Shown here one piece after another: positions 9,363 through 17,859 of a DNA stretch of 64,000 nucleotides. How positions within the stretch are numbered: the first letter of the stretch is position 1; each line of letters starts with the position of its first letter. The translations under genes and the position numbers were made by a program. The notes beneath the pieces are model-generated. The model was given only the letters and a program-made list of their open reading frames with translations. It did no database searches and had not been told where the DNA came from. Source of the DNA: an uncultured Clostridia bacterium (lineage in GTDB: Bacteria; Bacillota; Clostridia; Christensenellales; Borkfalkiaceae); assembly GCA_944340905.1 (NCBI GenBank), contig CALVLT010000008.1, forward strand, positions 2,173 through 66,172. The letters are read 5' to 3'.

Positions 9363-11072
9363 ATGAGAGAAATATCGGACGGGGAGCTGAAAGAGGCTTC
9401 CCTTTGCCAACTAAAGGAGCTTTGCGAGCAGCTGCGCGAAGAAATTTTCCGCACCGTTTCCCGACGGGGCGGGCACCTTGCCTCCAACCTCGGTGTGGTG
9501 GAACTCACGGTGGGTCTGCACAAAGTGTTTGATTTCCCGCGCGACAAGATCGTATTTGACGTCGGGCACCAGTGCTATGCGCACAAGCTGCTCTCGGGGC
9601 GGGCGGAACAATTTTCCACGCTGCGTACCCGCGGCGGCATCTCCGGCTTTCCCAAGCGCAGGGAGAGCGAGTATGACTGCTATGAGACGGGGCATGCTGG
9701 AACGGCCGTCTCCGCGGCGCTCGGCATCGCAAAGGCGCGCGATCTGAAGGGAGAGGGGTTTGAAGTCGTTGCACTCGTCGGGGACGGGTCCTTCAACAAC
9801 GGACTCATTTACGAAGCGCTCAACAGCCTGAAGATTCTGAAAACGCGCGTACTGATCGTTCTGAATGACAACGGCATGTCCATTTCGCCGACGGTGGGCG
9901 GCACGCATGAGATCCTCAACGAAATGAAGGATGGGGCGGCGCCCGCGACCGATATCGCGCTCTTTGAGAGGTACGGACTGCGCTATATGGGCATATACAA
10001 CGGCAACGACTTGCAGGAGCTGCTCCCCGCGCTGGAACAGGCAAAGGATGTGCTGCGCACACAGAGCGTGCTTTTGCACGTGACGACGCGCAAGGGGCAG
10101 GGTTATGCCTTCTGCGAGCAGGAGCCGGAGCGCACGCACGGCGTATCGCCGAACGGAACGGGAACGGAGTATTCCGCGGCGCTCGGCGAAGAGCTGAAGG
10201 AGATGGCCAAGGCTGATCGGCGCATCGTTGCCGTGAGCGCCGCCATGACTGATTCGCTGGGCCTTCGTCCCTTCTTTGAGGCGTTTCCCGAGCGCGCCTT
10301 TGACGTGGGCATCTGTGAAGAACACGCCTGCGTCCTGTGTGCCGCGCTTGCGGAAGAGGGGATGCGACCCTATTACGCCATCTATTCCACCTTTTTGCAG
10401 CGCGCCTTTGACGAGGTGATCCACGATGTCTGCGGGCAGAATCTGCCCGTGACGTTCTGCATCGACCGTGCGGGGGTGACGGGTGCGGACGGCGAAACGC
10501 ACCAGGGGGTATTCGACCTCTCCTATCTCACGCCCATTCCCAATCTGACGATCGCCGTTCCGAAGAACATTGCGGAACTGCGCGCCATGCTGCGCATGAG
10601 CGCGGATTTCGGCGGTCCGCTCGCCATCCGCTATCCGCGCGAGGGGACGGAAGGAGCATGCAGCGGCATTGAAATCGGGAGATTTGAAATTTTACATAGT
10701 ACTACGTCTGACATAATTATCTACGCCTGCGGGGAGCGCTGCCTTTCGTTGGCGGAGCGCATCCGTACCGCCGCGCAGCAAAAGGGCGCCGATTTCACGC
10801 TCGTCAATGCGCGGTTTGTGAAGCCCGTGGATACGAAGATGATCCTTTCCCGTCCGGAAACGCACGTGATCACACTGGAGGACAACGTGCTGACGGGCGG
10901 TCTCGGCGATGCGATCGCGCGCGTTCTGCGCGGCAGCGGGAAGTGCCTGCGCGCATTCGGCTATCGTGATACCTTCCTGCCGCACGGCTCCGCGGCGGAG
11001 CTTGCGGGAGAATTCGGGCTGAACTTTGACGAGATCCTGTCCTATATCTTAGACTGCCATGCGTGCGGATAG
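9363..11072 (+). CDS. dxs: 1-deoxy-D-xylulose-5-phosphate synthase
   Basis: In-frame ATG 9363 of ORF 8541..11072. GGHLASNLGVVELTVGLH and GHQCYAHKLLSGR are Dxs signatures. The upstream part of the ORF is read-through across ispA. Confidence 0.95.
   Translation: MREISDGELKEASLCQLKELCEQLREEIFRTVSRRGGHLASNLGVVELTVGLHKVFDFPRDKIVFDVGHQCYAHKLLSGRAEQFSTLRTRGGISGFPKRRESEYDCYETGHAGTAVSAALGIAKARDLKGEGFEVVALVGDGSFNNGLIYEALNSLKILKTRVLIVLNDNGMSISPTVGGTHEILNEMKDGAAPATDIALFERYGLRYMGIYNGNDLQELLPALEQAKDVLRTQSVLLHVTTRKGQGYAFCEQEPERTHGVSPNGTGTEYSAALGEELKEMAKADRRIVAVSAAMTDSLGLRPFFEAFPERAFDVGICEEHACVLCAALAEEGMRPYYAIYSTFLQRAFDEVIHDVCGQNLPVTFCIDRAGVTGADGETHQGVFDLSYLTPIPNLTIAVPKNIAELRAMLRMSADFGGPLAIRYPREGTEGACSGIEIGRFEILHSTTSDIIIYACGERCLSLAERIRTAAQQKGADFTLVNARFVKPVDTKMILSRPETHVITLEDNVLTGGLGDAIARVLRGSGKCLRAFGYRDTFLPHGSAAELAGEFGLNFDEILSYILDCHACG
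10695..10720 (+). repeat. dispersed AT-rich quasi-palindrome, copy 2 (inside dxs)
   Basis: CAT AGTACTACGTC T GACATAATTAT. Confidence 0.9.
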
Positions 11073-11838
11073 TTTTTTTGCGGAAAAATTCGGTTCCCGC
11101 ACGCGCGCCAAGGATGCGCTCAAAAGCGGGCTTGTCTTGCGCGGCGGCAAGGCTCTTTCGCCATCCGACGAGGTGCATGAAGGGGATGAATTTCTCTTTC
11201 TGGACGAGGGCGGGCAGCATGTTTCGCGCGGCGGACAAAAGTTGGAGCGCGGTCTGGATGCATTCGGGCAGGACGTGCGCGGCGAAGTCTTTGCCGATCT
11301 GGGCGCGAGCACGGGCGGCTTTACCGAGGTACTGCTCTCGCGCGGGGCGGCGCACGTCTTTGCGGTGGACGTCGGGCATGCGCAGCTTGCACCCGCGCTG
11401 GCGGGAGATGCGCGCGTCACCGTCATGGACGGGAGGAACGCACGGTATCTGACGCGCGCCGATTTCGGGGTCACTCTCGACGGCGTCGTGTCCGATCTGA
11501 GCTTTATTTCCCTGAAACTCATCCTGCCCGTGATCTCCGCGCTGCTCGATGGCGGAAAGCGGGCATTCGTCCTCTTCAAACCGCAGTTTGAATGCGGCGG
11601 AACGGGACTCGGAAAGGGCGGCATTCTGCCCGTCCGCTACCACGGTGCCCTGCTCAAAGGGTTTTACCGCGACTGTATGGAAAACTCTCTTGCGCCCCGC
11701 GCGATCGTCAACGCGCCCCTGGTCGCGCGCAAGAACGTGGAATACGTCGTCTTTTTACAAAAAGAGGGCGTGCCCGTCGCGGAGGACACCTTTTTGAAGG
11801 CAGCGCAAACTTTTTACGAGAGCGGGAAAAATTTTTGA
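11059..11838 (+). CDS. tlyA: TlyA-family rRNA 2'-O-methyltransferase
   Basis: N-terminal S4-like domain plus an FtsJ-type SAM fold (FADLGASTGGFTEVLL). Confidence 0.85.
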   Translation: MRADSFFAEKFGSRTRAKDALKSGLVLRGGKALSPSDEVHEGDEFLFLDEGGQHVSRGGQKLERGLDAFGQDVRGEVFADLGASTGGFTEVLLSRGAAHVFAVDVGHAQLAPALAGDARVTVMDGRNARYLTRADFGVTLDGVVSDLSFISLKLILPVISALLDGGKRAFVLFKPQFECGGTGLGKGGILPVRYHGALLKGFYRDCMENSLAPRAIVNAPLVARKNVEYVVFLQKEGVPVAEDTFLKAAQTFYESGKNF

Positions 11839-11845
11839 AAAACAC

Positions 11846-11874
11846 TTGCATATATTCATTAAATATTGTATAAT
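11846..11874 (+). promoter_or_regulatory. sigma-A-type promoter abutting the nadK start
   Basis: TTGCAT-N17-TATAAT. The -10 box ends 6 nt before ATG 11881, and there is no SD in the gap. Confidence 0.5.
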
Positions 11875-11880
11875 ATCTGT

Positions 11881-12669
11881 ATGAAAGTCGGCATTTTTTA
11901 CAACAGCGATCAGGCGGACGCATGTGTGGCGGAAGAGCTTGCCTCGCGCATCCGCAAGGCGGGCCACGGGGCCGCCGTTTTTTCTGTTCTCGATGAGATC
12001 CGCGTCGTGGACAGGTTGATCGCGCTGGGCGGCGACGGCACCATGCTCCGCGCGGCAAAGCGGGCGTCCGCCGCCGGCATTCCCATCGTCGGTGTCAATT
12101 TCGGCAAACTCGGCTTTCTGACGGAGTTTGAACGGGAAGAATATGCGCAGGCAGTCTCCCTCGTTCTGGACGAGCACTGCGCGCGCATCGAGCGCTCCAT
12201 GCTGGAAGTGCAGCTCAACGGCAGAACGTTTGACTGTCTCAACGAACTGGCGCTGCTCCATCCCGTCGCGCCCGGCAAGGAGAACAAGGTCGTGACCATT
12301 TCCGTCACGATCGACGGCAGCCATGCGGGCGAATTTGTTGCGGACGGGCTGATCGTCGCAACGCCGACCGGTTCCACCGCCTATTCGCTCTCGGCGGGCG
12401 GGAGCATCATGACGCCCGACTGCGCCACCTTCCAGCTCACGCCCGTTTGCGCCTTTTCCATGCGCAGCCGTCCCATCGCCTATTCGGACAAGAGCGAATT
12501 GGGCTTTTCCCTGCCGCAGGGCGCGCTGGTGCTGTACGGCGACGGGATCTACCTGGGGGAGGCGGGTGCGTCCGACCGGCTCATCGTCCGCAAGTCGGAA
12601 CGGTCCGCTACCTTTCTGACGCGCGGCTTGAGTGAATATTTCCGCCGTCTGACCCAAAAGATCAACTGA
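11881..12669 (+). CDS. nadK: NAD kinase
   Basis: GGDGTMLRAA motif and TPTGSTAYSLSAGG. Confidence 0.9.
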   Translation: MKVGIFYNSDQADACVAEELASRIRKAGHGAAVFSVLDEIRVVDRLIALGGDGTMLRAAKRASAAGIPIVGVNFGKLGFLTEFEREEYAQAVSLVLDEHCARIERSMLEVQLNGRTFDCLNELALLHPVAPGKENKVVTISVTIDGSHAGEFVADGLIVATPTGSTAYSLSAGGSIMTPDCATFQLTPVCAFSMRSRPIAYSDKSELGFSLPQGALVLYGDGIYLGEAGASDRLIVRKSERSATFLTRGLSEYFRRLTQKIN

Positions 12670-12682
12670 GAAGGAGAATACA

Positions 12683-13138
12683 ATGTCCAGAAATCTTCGG
12701 CATGAGGCCATCCTTGCGCTCGTTGCGGCAAAGGAGATCGAGACGCAGGACGAGCTTTGCGCGGAACTTGCCGCACGCGGGTTCACGGTCACGCAGGCGA
12801 CCGTCTCGCGCGACGTCAAGGACCTGCGCCTCTTCAAGGTGCGCGGCAAGGAAAAACGTTTCCGCTATGCCAGCGTGCATGAAAACGAGGGCGGCCTGCC
12901 CGACAAGATGCGCGCGCTCTTTTCGACATGCGCGGTGAGCATCCGCGCGGTGGGCAATCTCGTCGTTGTCAAGACGCTCCCGGGCAGCGGCGCCAATGCT
13001 GGCGTCGTCATCGACGAACTCGCCTATCGCGAAGTTGCGGGTTCCATTGCAGGCGACGACACCGTTCTGCTCATCTGCGAGACGGCGGAGGACGGCAGGG
13101 CGATCGCGGACAGGCTGTGTGCCCTCGTAAAGAACTGA
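12683..13138 (+). CDS. argR: arginine repressor
   Basis: 151 aa with a winged-helix N-terminus (TQDELCAELAARGFTVTQATVSRDVKDL) and a C-terminal oligomerisation domain (GTIAGDDT-like SIAGDDT). Confidence 0.9.
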   Translation: MSRNLRHEAILALVAAKEIETQDELCAELAARGFTVTQATVSRDVKDLRLFKVRGKEKRFRYASVHENEGGLPDKMRALFSTCAVSIRAVGNLVVVKTLPGSGANAGVVIDELAYREVAGSIAGDDTVLLICETAEDGRAIADRLCALVKN

Positions 13139-13139
13139 T

Positions 13140-14837
13140 ATGCTGCAACGACTCGTCATCGAAAACGTTGCGCTTATCGAACGCGCGGAACTGGAATTTT
13201 CCGAGGGGCTGAACGTCCTTTCGGGGGAGACGGGCGCGGGAAAATCGGTGATTTTAGACGCGATCGACTTCGTTCTGGGCGCCAAGGCGGACAGGAGCAT
13301 GATCCGCTCGGGAGAGTCCTTCTGCGCCGTCCGCGCCCAATTTCAAAGCGATGATGCGCGCGTGGCGCAGCTCCTTTCCGAATTCGATATTGAGGCGGAC
13401 GAGACGCTCGTGCTCTCCCGCAAATTTACCTCGGACGGCAAGAATTCGATGCGGATCAACGGCTGTGTCGTGACGGCGTCGATGGTGCGCCGCCTGACTT
13501 CGCTGCTCGTGGACGTGCACGGCCAGAGCGAGCACTTTTTTCTGCTCAAAGAGAGCAACCAGCTGCGCCTTTTGGACGACGTGGCAGGCGACGCGGTCGC
13601 CGTACACAAAAAAACGCTTGCGGGACAGCTTTCCGAGCGCCGACGCATCCTTTCCGAGCAAGAGAGACTCGGGGGAGACGAGGGGGAGCGTGCGCGCAGG
13701 CTGGATATTCTGAAATTTCAGATCGACGAGATCACGCGCGCGGAGCTGAAGGAGGGCGAGGAGGAAGATCTCGCCGCCTTCCGCGAGCGCTACCGCAATG
13801 CCGAGAAGATCCTCGATGCGCTCGGGGCGGTCAGGCAGTACCTTGCGGAGGACGGCGGCAGTGCGGACACGCTGCGCGGCGCGGGCAGAAGCCTTGCCCC
13901 GATCGCACGGCTGGACGCGCGCTATTCGGCGCTTGCCGACAGGCTGGAGAACGCCGCCGCGGAGGCGGAGGACATCGCCGATACGGCGCAGAGCCTTCTC
14001 GAGGAACTGGACATCGACGAACGGGAGGCGCAGCGCGTCGAGGCGCGCTTTGACGAACTGCGGTCTCTTCGCAAAAAATACGGCGGTTCGGTTGCCGACG
14101 TGCTTGCCTATCTGGCGCGCGCGCAGGAGGAATACGACCTGCTCTCGGACAGCGCCGTGCGCTTTGAACAGCTCGGGGCGGAGCTGGAACAGCTCGACGA
14201 CGCGATCTACGCGACCTGCCGCGCGCTCACCGATGCGCGCAAGGCGGCCGCCAAGGGATTTACGGAGCGCGTCGTGAAGGAACTCAAAACGCTCAACATC
14301 TCCTCGCCGCGCTTTGAGGTGGCGTTCGGAGAGTATGACCGCACCGACGTTCCGCACGCGACCGCGGAGGGGCTGGGGAGCGTGACGTTCCTGTTTTCCG
14401 CCAACGCGGGCGAACCCCTCAAGGAACTGGGCAAGATCATCAGCGGGGGCGAAATGAGCCGTTTCATGCTCTCCGTCAAGACGCAGCTCTCTGCGGTGAA
14501 CGCGATCGGAACGTATATTTTTGACGAGATCGACGCGGGGATCGGCGGAAAGACGGCGCGCGTCGTCGGGGAGAAGTTCTGCAAGATCGCAAAGAACGTG
14601 CAGATCATTGCCGTTTCCCACCTGGCGCAGATCGCAGCCTTTGCCGACCGCGAATTTTATATCGAAAAGCGGGAGGAGGGCGGCAGAACGTTCACCGTCA
14701 TCCGCGATGTGGAAGGCGATGCGCGCATCCTCGAGATCGCGCGGCTGATCGGCGGCGATACCCAGAGCGATACTGCGCTGCAACACGCGCGGGAGCTGCT
14801 GCGCAACGCGCAGATTTACAAAAAGTCCCTGTCATAA
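13140..14837 (+). CDS. recN: DNA repair protein RecN
   Basis: 565 aa with N-terminal Walker A (GETGAGKS), long coiled-coil regions and a C-terminal SMC-type signature. Confidence 0.95.
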   Translation: MLQRLVIENVALIERAELEFSEGLNVLSGETGAGKSVILDAIDFVLGAKADRSMIRSGESFCAVRAQFQSDDARVAQLLSEFDIEADETLVLSRKFTSDGKNSMRINGCVVTASMVRRLTSLLVDVHGQSEHFFLLKESNQLRLLDDVAGDAVAVHKKTLAGQLSERRRILSEQERLGGDEGERARRLDILKFQIDEITRAELKEGEEEDLAAFRERYRNAEKILDALGAVRQYLAEDGGSADTLRGAGRSLAPIARLDARYSALADRLENAAAEAEDIADTAQSLLEELDIDEREAQRVEARFDELRSLRKKYGGSVADVLAYLARAQEEYDLLSDSAVRFEQLGAELEQLDDAIYATCRALTDARKAAAKGFTERVVKELKTLNISSPRFEVAFGEYDRTDVPHATAEGLGSVTFLFSANAGEPLKELGKIISGGEMSRFMLSVKTQLSAVNAIGTYIFDEIDAGIGGKTARVVGEKFCKIAKNVQIIAVSHLAQIAAFADREFYIEKREEGGRTFTVIRDVEGDARILEIARLIGGDTQSDTALQHARELLRNAQIYKKSLS

Positions 14838-14851
14838 TGTCTCGTAAAACC

Positions 14852-14881
14852 GCATAGAAGGCGCTTAGCTTACGCAAATTA
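14852..14881 (+). promoter_or_regulatory. forespore (sigma-F/G-type) promoter candidate for spoIVB
   Basis: GCATA-N18-CAAATTA compared with the sigma-G consensus GCATR-N17/18-CATnnTA (from memory). One mismatch in the -10 element. Confidence 0.3.
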
Positions 14882-14908
14882 ACCTCTGTATATGACACGG
14901 AGGTGGCA

Positions 14909-15919
14909 ATGCGTAAGCTGAAATTTTTTCTTGCCGGCATGCTTCTTGCGATCTGTGCCGCAGTCGGGAGCGGGATCAGGCTGCCCGCCTCGGCACAGGG
15001 GACGCAGTATTATCTCGGCGGCATGACGGCAGGATTCTCCCTGTCCGCAAACGGTGTGGAAGTCGTCGCGTTCAAGGAAGTGGCGTCGGAAGCGGGCGGG
15101 GGGTGTCCGGCGGCGCAGGCGGGCATGAAGACGGGGGACCTGATCGTTGCGGTGGACGGCATCCATACGCGCACGATCGGCGACCTGAGCGCTGCGCTCG
15201 CCCGCAGCGACGGAAACACGGCGCGGTTTCTGATCAAGCGCGGCGGAGAGACCGTGCAGATGGACATCCTTCCGCTTAAGGACGCAAAGGACGGAAAATA
15301 CAAGATCGGTATCCTCATCCGCGATACGCTCTCGGGGATCGGCACGGTGACGTATATCGAAAAGGAGAGCGGGAGGTTCGGCTCCCTCGGGCACGCCGTA
15401 TGCGACGAGAGCAAGGCCTCCCTCGCCCTTGCCGATGCATCGGTCTACCGCTGCAGCATCGTCGGCGTCACGCGCGGGGAGCGCGGCAGGGCGGGGGAAC
15501 TGAAGGGGCTTTTGCTCAACGATTCGCCCATCGCCGGCGCCGACAAGGTGTGCGAGACGGGGCTTTACGGCACCTTTTGCGATGAATACGACCTCTCCGA
15601 CGTTCCGACGGTGGAGGCGGCGCCCCTTTCGCAGGCGACGATCGGCAAGGCGGTCATCTACTCCACGGTGGACGGAATTACCCCGCGCGAATACGAGATC
15701 GCCATCGCTAAAGTGGATGCGGGCAACAAAAACAACAAAAATTTCGTGATCAAGGTGACGGACGAGGCGCTGCTGCGGGAGACGGGCGGCATCGTGCAGG
15801 GCATGAGCGGCAGTCCGATCGTGCAGAACGGCAAACTCATCGGCGCCGTAACGCATGTCTTTCTCAACGATCCGACGCGCGGATACGGCATCGGGATCGA
15901 AAAGATGCTCGGAAACTGA
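14909..15919 (+). CDS. spoIVB: SpoIVB signalling serine peptidase (S55) with PDZ domain
   Basis: PDZ region (AGMKTGDLIVAVDG) and the catalytic GMSGSPIV motif. GGAGGTG SD upstream of ATG 14909. Confidence 0.9.
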   Translation: MRKLKFFLAGMLLAICAAVGSGIRLPASAQGTQYYLGGMTAGFSLSANGVEVVAFKEVASEAGGGCPAAQAGMKTGDLIVAVDGIHTRTIGDLSAALARSDGNTARFLIKRGGETVQMDILPLKDAKDGKYKIGILIRDTLSGIGTVTYIEKESGRFGSLGHAVCDESKASLALADASVYRCSIVGVTRGERGRAGELKGLLLNDSPIAGADKVCETGLYGTFCDEYDLSDVPTVEAAPLSQATIGKAVIYSTVDGITPREYEIAIAKVDAGNKNNKNFVIKVTDEALLRETGGIVQGMSGSPIVQNGKLIGAVTHVFLNDPTRGYGIGIEKMLGN

Positions 15920-15938
15920 GATTTGGCATAGTTTGCAT

Positions 15939-15978
15939 AAGAGGATGCATATCTTACGGTGTGCATCCTCTTGTTTTC
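15939..15978 (+). terminator. stem-loop terminator after spoIVB
   Basis: AAGAGGATGCA-N12-TGCATCCTCTT (11-bp stem) followed by GTTTTCG. The loop contains the GTG start proposed for the next ORF. Confidence 0.5.
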
Positions 15979-16554
15979 GCGCGGGAGGCGCTTTCGCGCG
16001 CGTGGGGGCGCAAGCGCACGCTGATCGCGTTTGCAGCGCTCTTTCTTATTTGTACGATCGTCGGGATCACGGTGGGCGGCGCGGCGTCCGCCTGCCATCT
16101 GCAGCTTTGTGCGCGCTACCTGCGCGATGTTTGCTATACGCAAAAGAGCGTCTTTGTCGTGTTTTTGGGGCGCGCGGCGGGCTGCTGTCTCATGGCGGCG
16201 TTCGTGCTGTTTGCGGGGATCCATGTCGCAGGGCTGGTTTTTCCGCCGTTGCTCCTCGCCTTCCGCGCCTATACCTTCGGCGGCTGCATCGCCGTCTTTT
16301 TCTCCGTCTACAAGTTTGCAGGCGCGCTCATCGTTTTTACGCTGTATCTGCCCGTCCATCTGCTTGTCGATGCCGCCTTATTGTGGGCGACGGCGCTCTC
16401 ATACGCCCGCGCGCCCTCCTTTTGTTTTTGCCGCAGCGACTTTTTTGCGCTCCTGCGCGATCTCGCGCTGCTCGCCGCCGTGCTCGTTCTCATCTGCCTT
16501 GCGGAACTTTTGCTGCTCGTCGTCATCGTCCATCCCATCGGAAATCTGATGTGA
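15961..16554 (+). CDS. polytopic membrane protein, possibly SpoIIM-like
   Basis: 197 aa with about five hydrophobic helices. The GTG start has no SD and sits inside the spoIVB terminator, so the start is uncertain. It occupies the position where spo0A lies in B. subtilis. Confidence 0.4.
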   Translation: MHPLVFAREALSRAWGRKRTLIAFAALFLICTIVGITVGGAASACHLQLCARYLRDVCYTQKSVFVVFLGRAAGCCLMAAFVLFAGIHVAGLVFPPLLLAFRAYTFGGCIAVFFSVYKFAGALIVFTLYLPVHLLVDAALLWATALSYARAPSFCFCRSDFFALLRDLALLAAVLVLICLAELLLLVVIVHPIGNLM

Positions 16555-16591
16555 CACAAATATTTTTTAGAAAACGGCACAAACTGCGGAT

Positions 16592-17752
16592 ATGAAAAAG
16601 GGGTTGATATGTGCCGCACTTGTGCTCGCGCTCGGTGCGGCGGCGACCGGCACTGCAAAGGTGACGGTCCGTGCGGAAGAAGTTGTAACCGATTGCAAGG
16701 CGGCGTATCTGATGGACGTGGGGAGCGGCGTGCAGATGTATGCCAAAAACGAGACGCAGCGGCTGCCCATTGCCAGCATGTGCAAGATCATGACGCTGCT
16801 GCTGGCGCTGGAGGCAACGGACAGCGGAGAGCTCTCCTATGAGGAGGAGATCACGATCTCGGAGCGCGCGGCGGGAATGGGCGGTTCGCAGGTATTTCTC
16901 GGCGCGGGGCTATCCTACCGTGCGGAAGAACTGCTCAAAAGCATTGCGGTCTGTTCCGCCAACGACTCCTGCGTTGCGATCGCCGAGCGGCTGGCGGGGA
17001 GCGAAGGGGCGTTCTGCGAGCGTATGAACGCACGCGCCAAAGAGCTGGGGGCGGAAAATACGCTCTTTGCGAATTGTACGGGGCTGCCCAAGGAGACGCA
17101 GTATTCCTGTGCGCACGACGTCGCGCTCATGCTGCGCGAGCTGATCGGGCATGAAAAGTACCATGCCTATTCGCGCATCTGGCTGGAAGATTTTGAGCAT
17201 CCGGACGGAAGAACGACGCAGATGACCAACACGAACAAGCTGATCCGCCAGTATGACGGCTGTGACGGCGGTAAGACTGGATTTACCAACGAGGCGGGAT
17301 TCTGCCTTGCGGCGTCCGCCAGGCGGGGAGATATGCGCGTCATCTCCGTCGTCATCGGCGCAGGCGATTCCAAGGCACGTTTCGCCGCGACAACTTCGCT
17401 CTTTGACTACGCCTTCGACAATTTTGAAAGTGTAACATATCTGAAGGCGGGGGAGGCGCTCAGCGAACAGGTGCAGGTGCAGGGCAGCGAGGTGGAACAG
17501 CTCACACTCCTGCCCGAGAAATCGCTCGCCGTGCTCAGGCGGCGCGGCGTGGAGGAAAACTATACGCTGCGCTGCGAATACGAACAACAGATGAAGGCGC
17601 CCATCCAGGAGGGGGAGACGATCGGGCAGGCGATCCTTCTGCGCGACGGTGTGGAGATCGCGCGTACCGATCTGTTGGCGGGTACGGCGGCGCCGCGCTA
17701 TTCCTGGTGGCAGGCATACCGCGAGGGGGCACGTCACTGGAATATGGCTTAA
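16592..17752 (+). CDS. D-alanyl-D-alanine carboxypeptidase (PBP5/DacB/DacF type)
   Basis: Signal peptide plus the SxxK (SMCK), SxN (SAND) and KTG (KTGFT) motifs. Confidence 0.85.
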   Translation: MKKGLICAALVLALGAAATGTAKVTVRAEEVVTDCKAAYLMDVGSGVQMYAKNETQRLPIASMCKIMTLLLALEATDSGELSYEEEITISERAAGMGGSQVFLGAGLSYRAEELLKSIAVCSANDSCVAIAERLAGSEGAFCERMNARAKELGAENTLFANCTGLPKETQYSCAHDVALMLRELIGHEKYHAYSRIWLEDFEHPDGRTTQMTNTNKLIRQYDGCDGGKTGFTNEAGFCLAASARRGDMRVISVVIGAGDSKARFAATTSLFDYAFDNFESVTYLKAGEALSEQVQVQGSEVEQLTLLPEKSLAVLRRRGVEENYTLRCEYEQQMKAPIQEGETIGQAILLRDGVEIARTDLLAGTAAPRYSWWQAYREGARHWNMA

Positions 17753-17766
17753 AAATTGACATTTAG

Positions 17767-17792
17767 CATAGTAATATGTATGACATAGTATT
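17767..17792. repeat. dispersed AT-rich quasi-palindrome, copy 6 (intergenic between the carboxypeptidase gene and lysA; degenerate, near-symmetric)
   Basis: CAT AGTAATATGTA T GACATAGTATT(GT). Confidence 0.75.
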
Positions 17793-17823
17793 GTCTTTTT
17801 GGGCATGCTGTGTCATTTTTTTA

Positions 17824-17853
17824 TTGACCGCATCGCACAAAATATGGTATAAT
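17824..17853 (+). promoter_or_regulatory. sigma-A-type extended -10 promoter abutting the lysA start
   Basis: TTGACC-N18-TGgTATAAT. The -10 box ends 6 nt before ATG 17860. Confidence 0.5.
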
Positions 17854-17859
17854 AGGCGT

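Noticed and set aside
11042-11056. CTATATCTTAGACTG at the end of dxs, and ATATATGTCTTAGGC in glgP (about 31276-31290), which resemble one motif arm.
   Set aside because: Only the 7-8-nt TATATC/TATGTC part matches, and the GACATAAT arm is absent.
17753-17859. Lysine (L-box) riboswitch or T-box upstream of lysA.
   Set aside because: The intergenic region is only 107 nt and is occupied by motif copy 6 and a promoter abutting the ATG. It is too short for either element.
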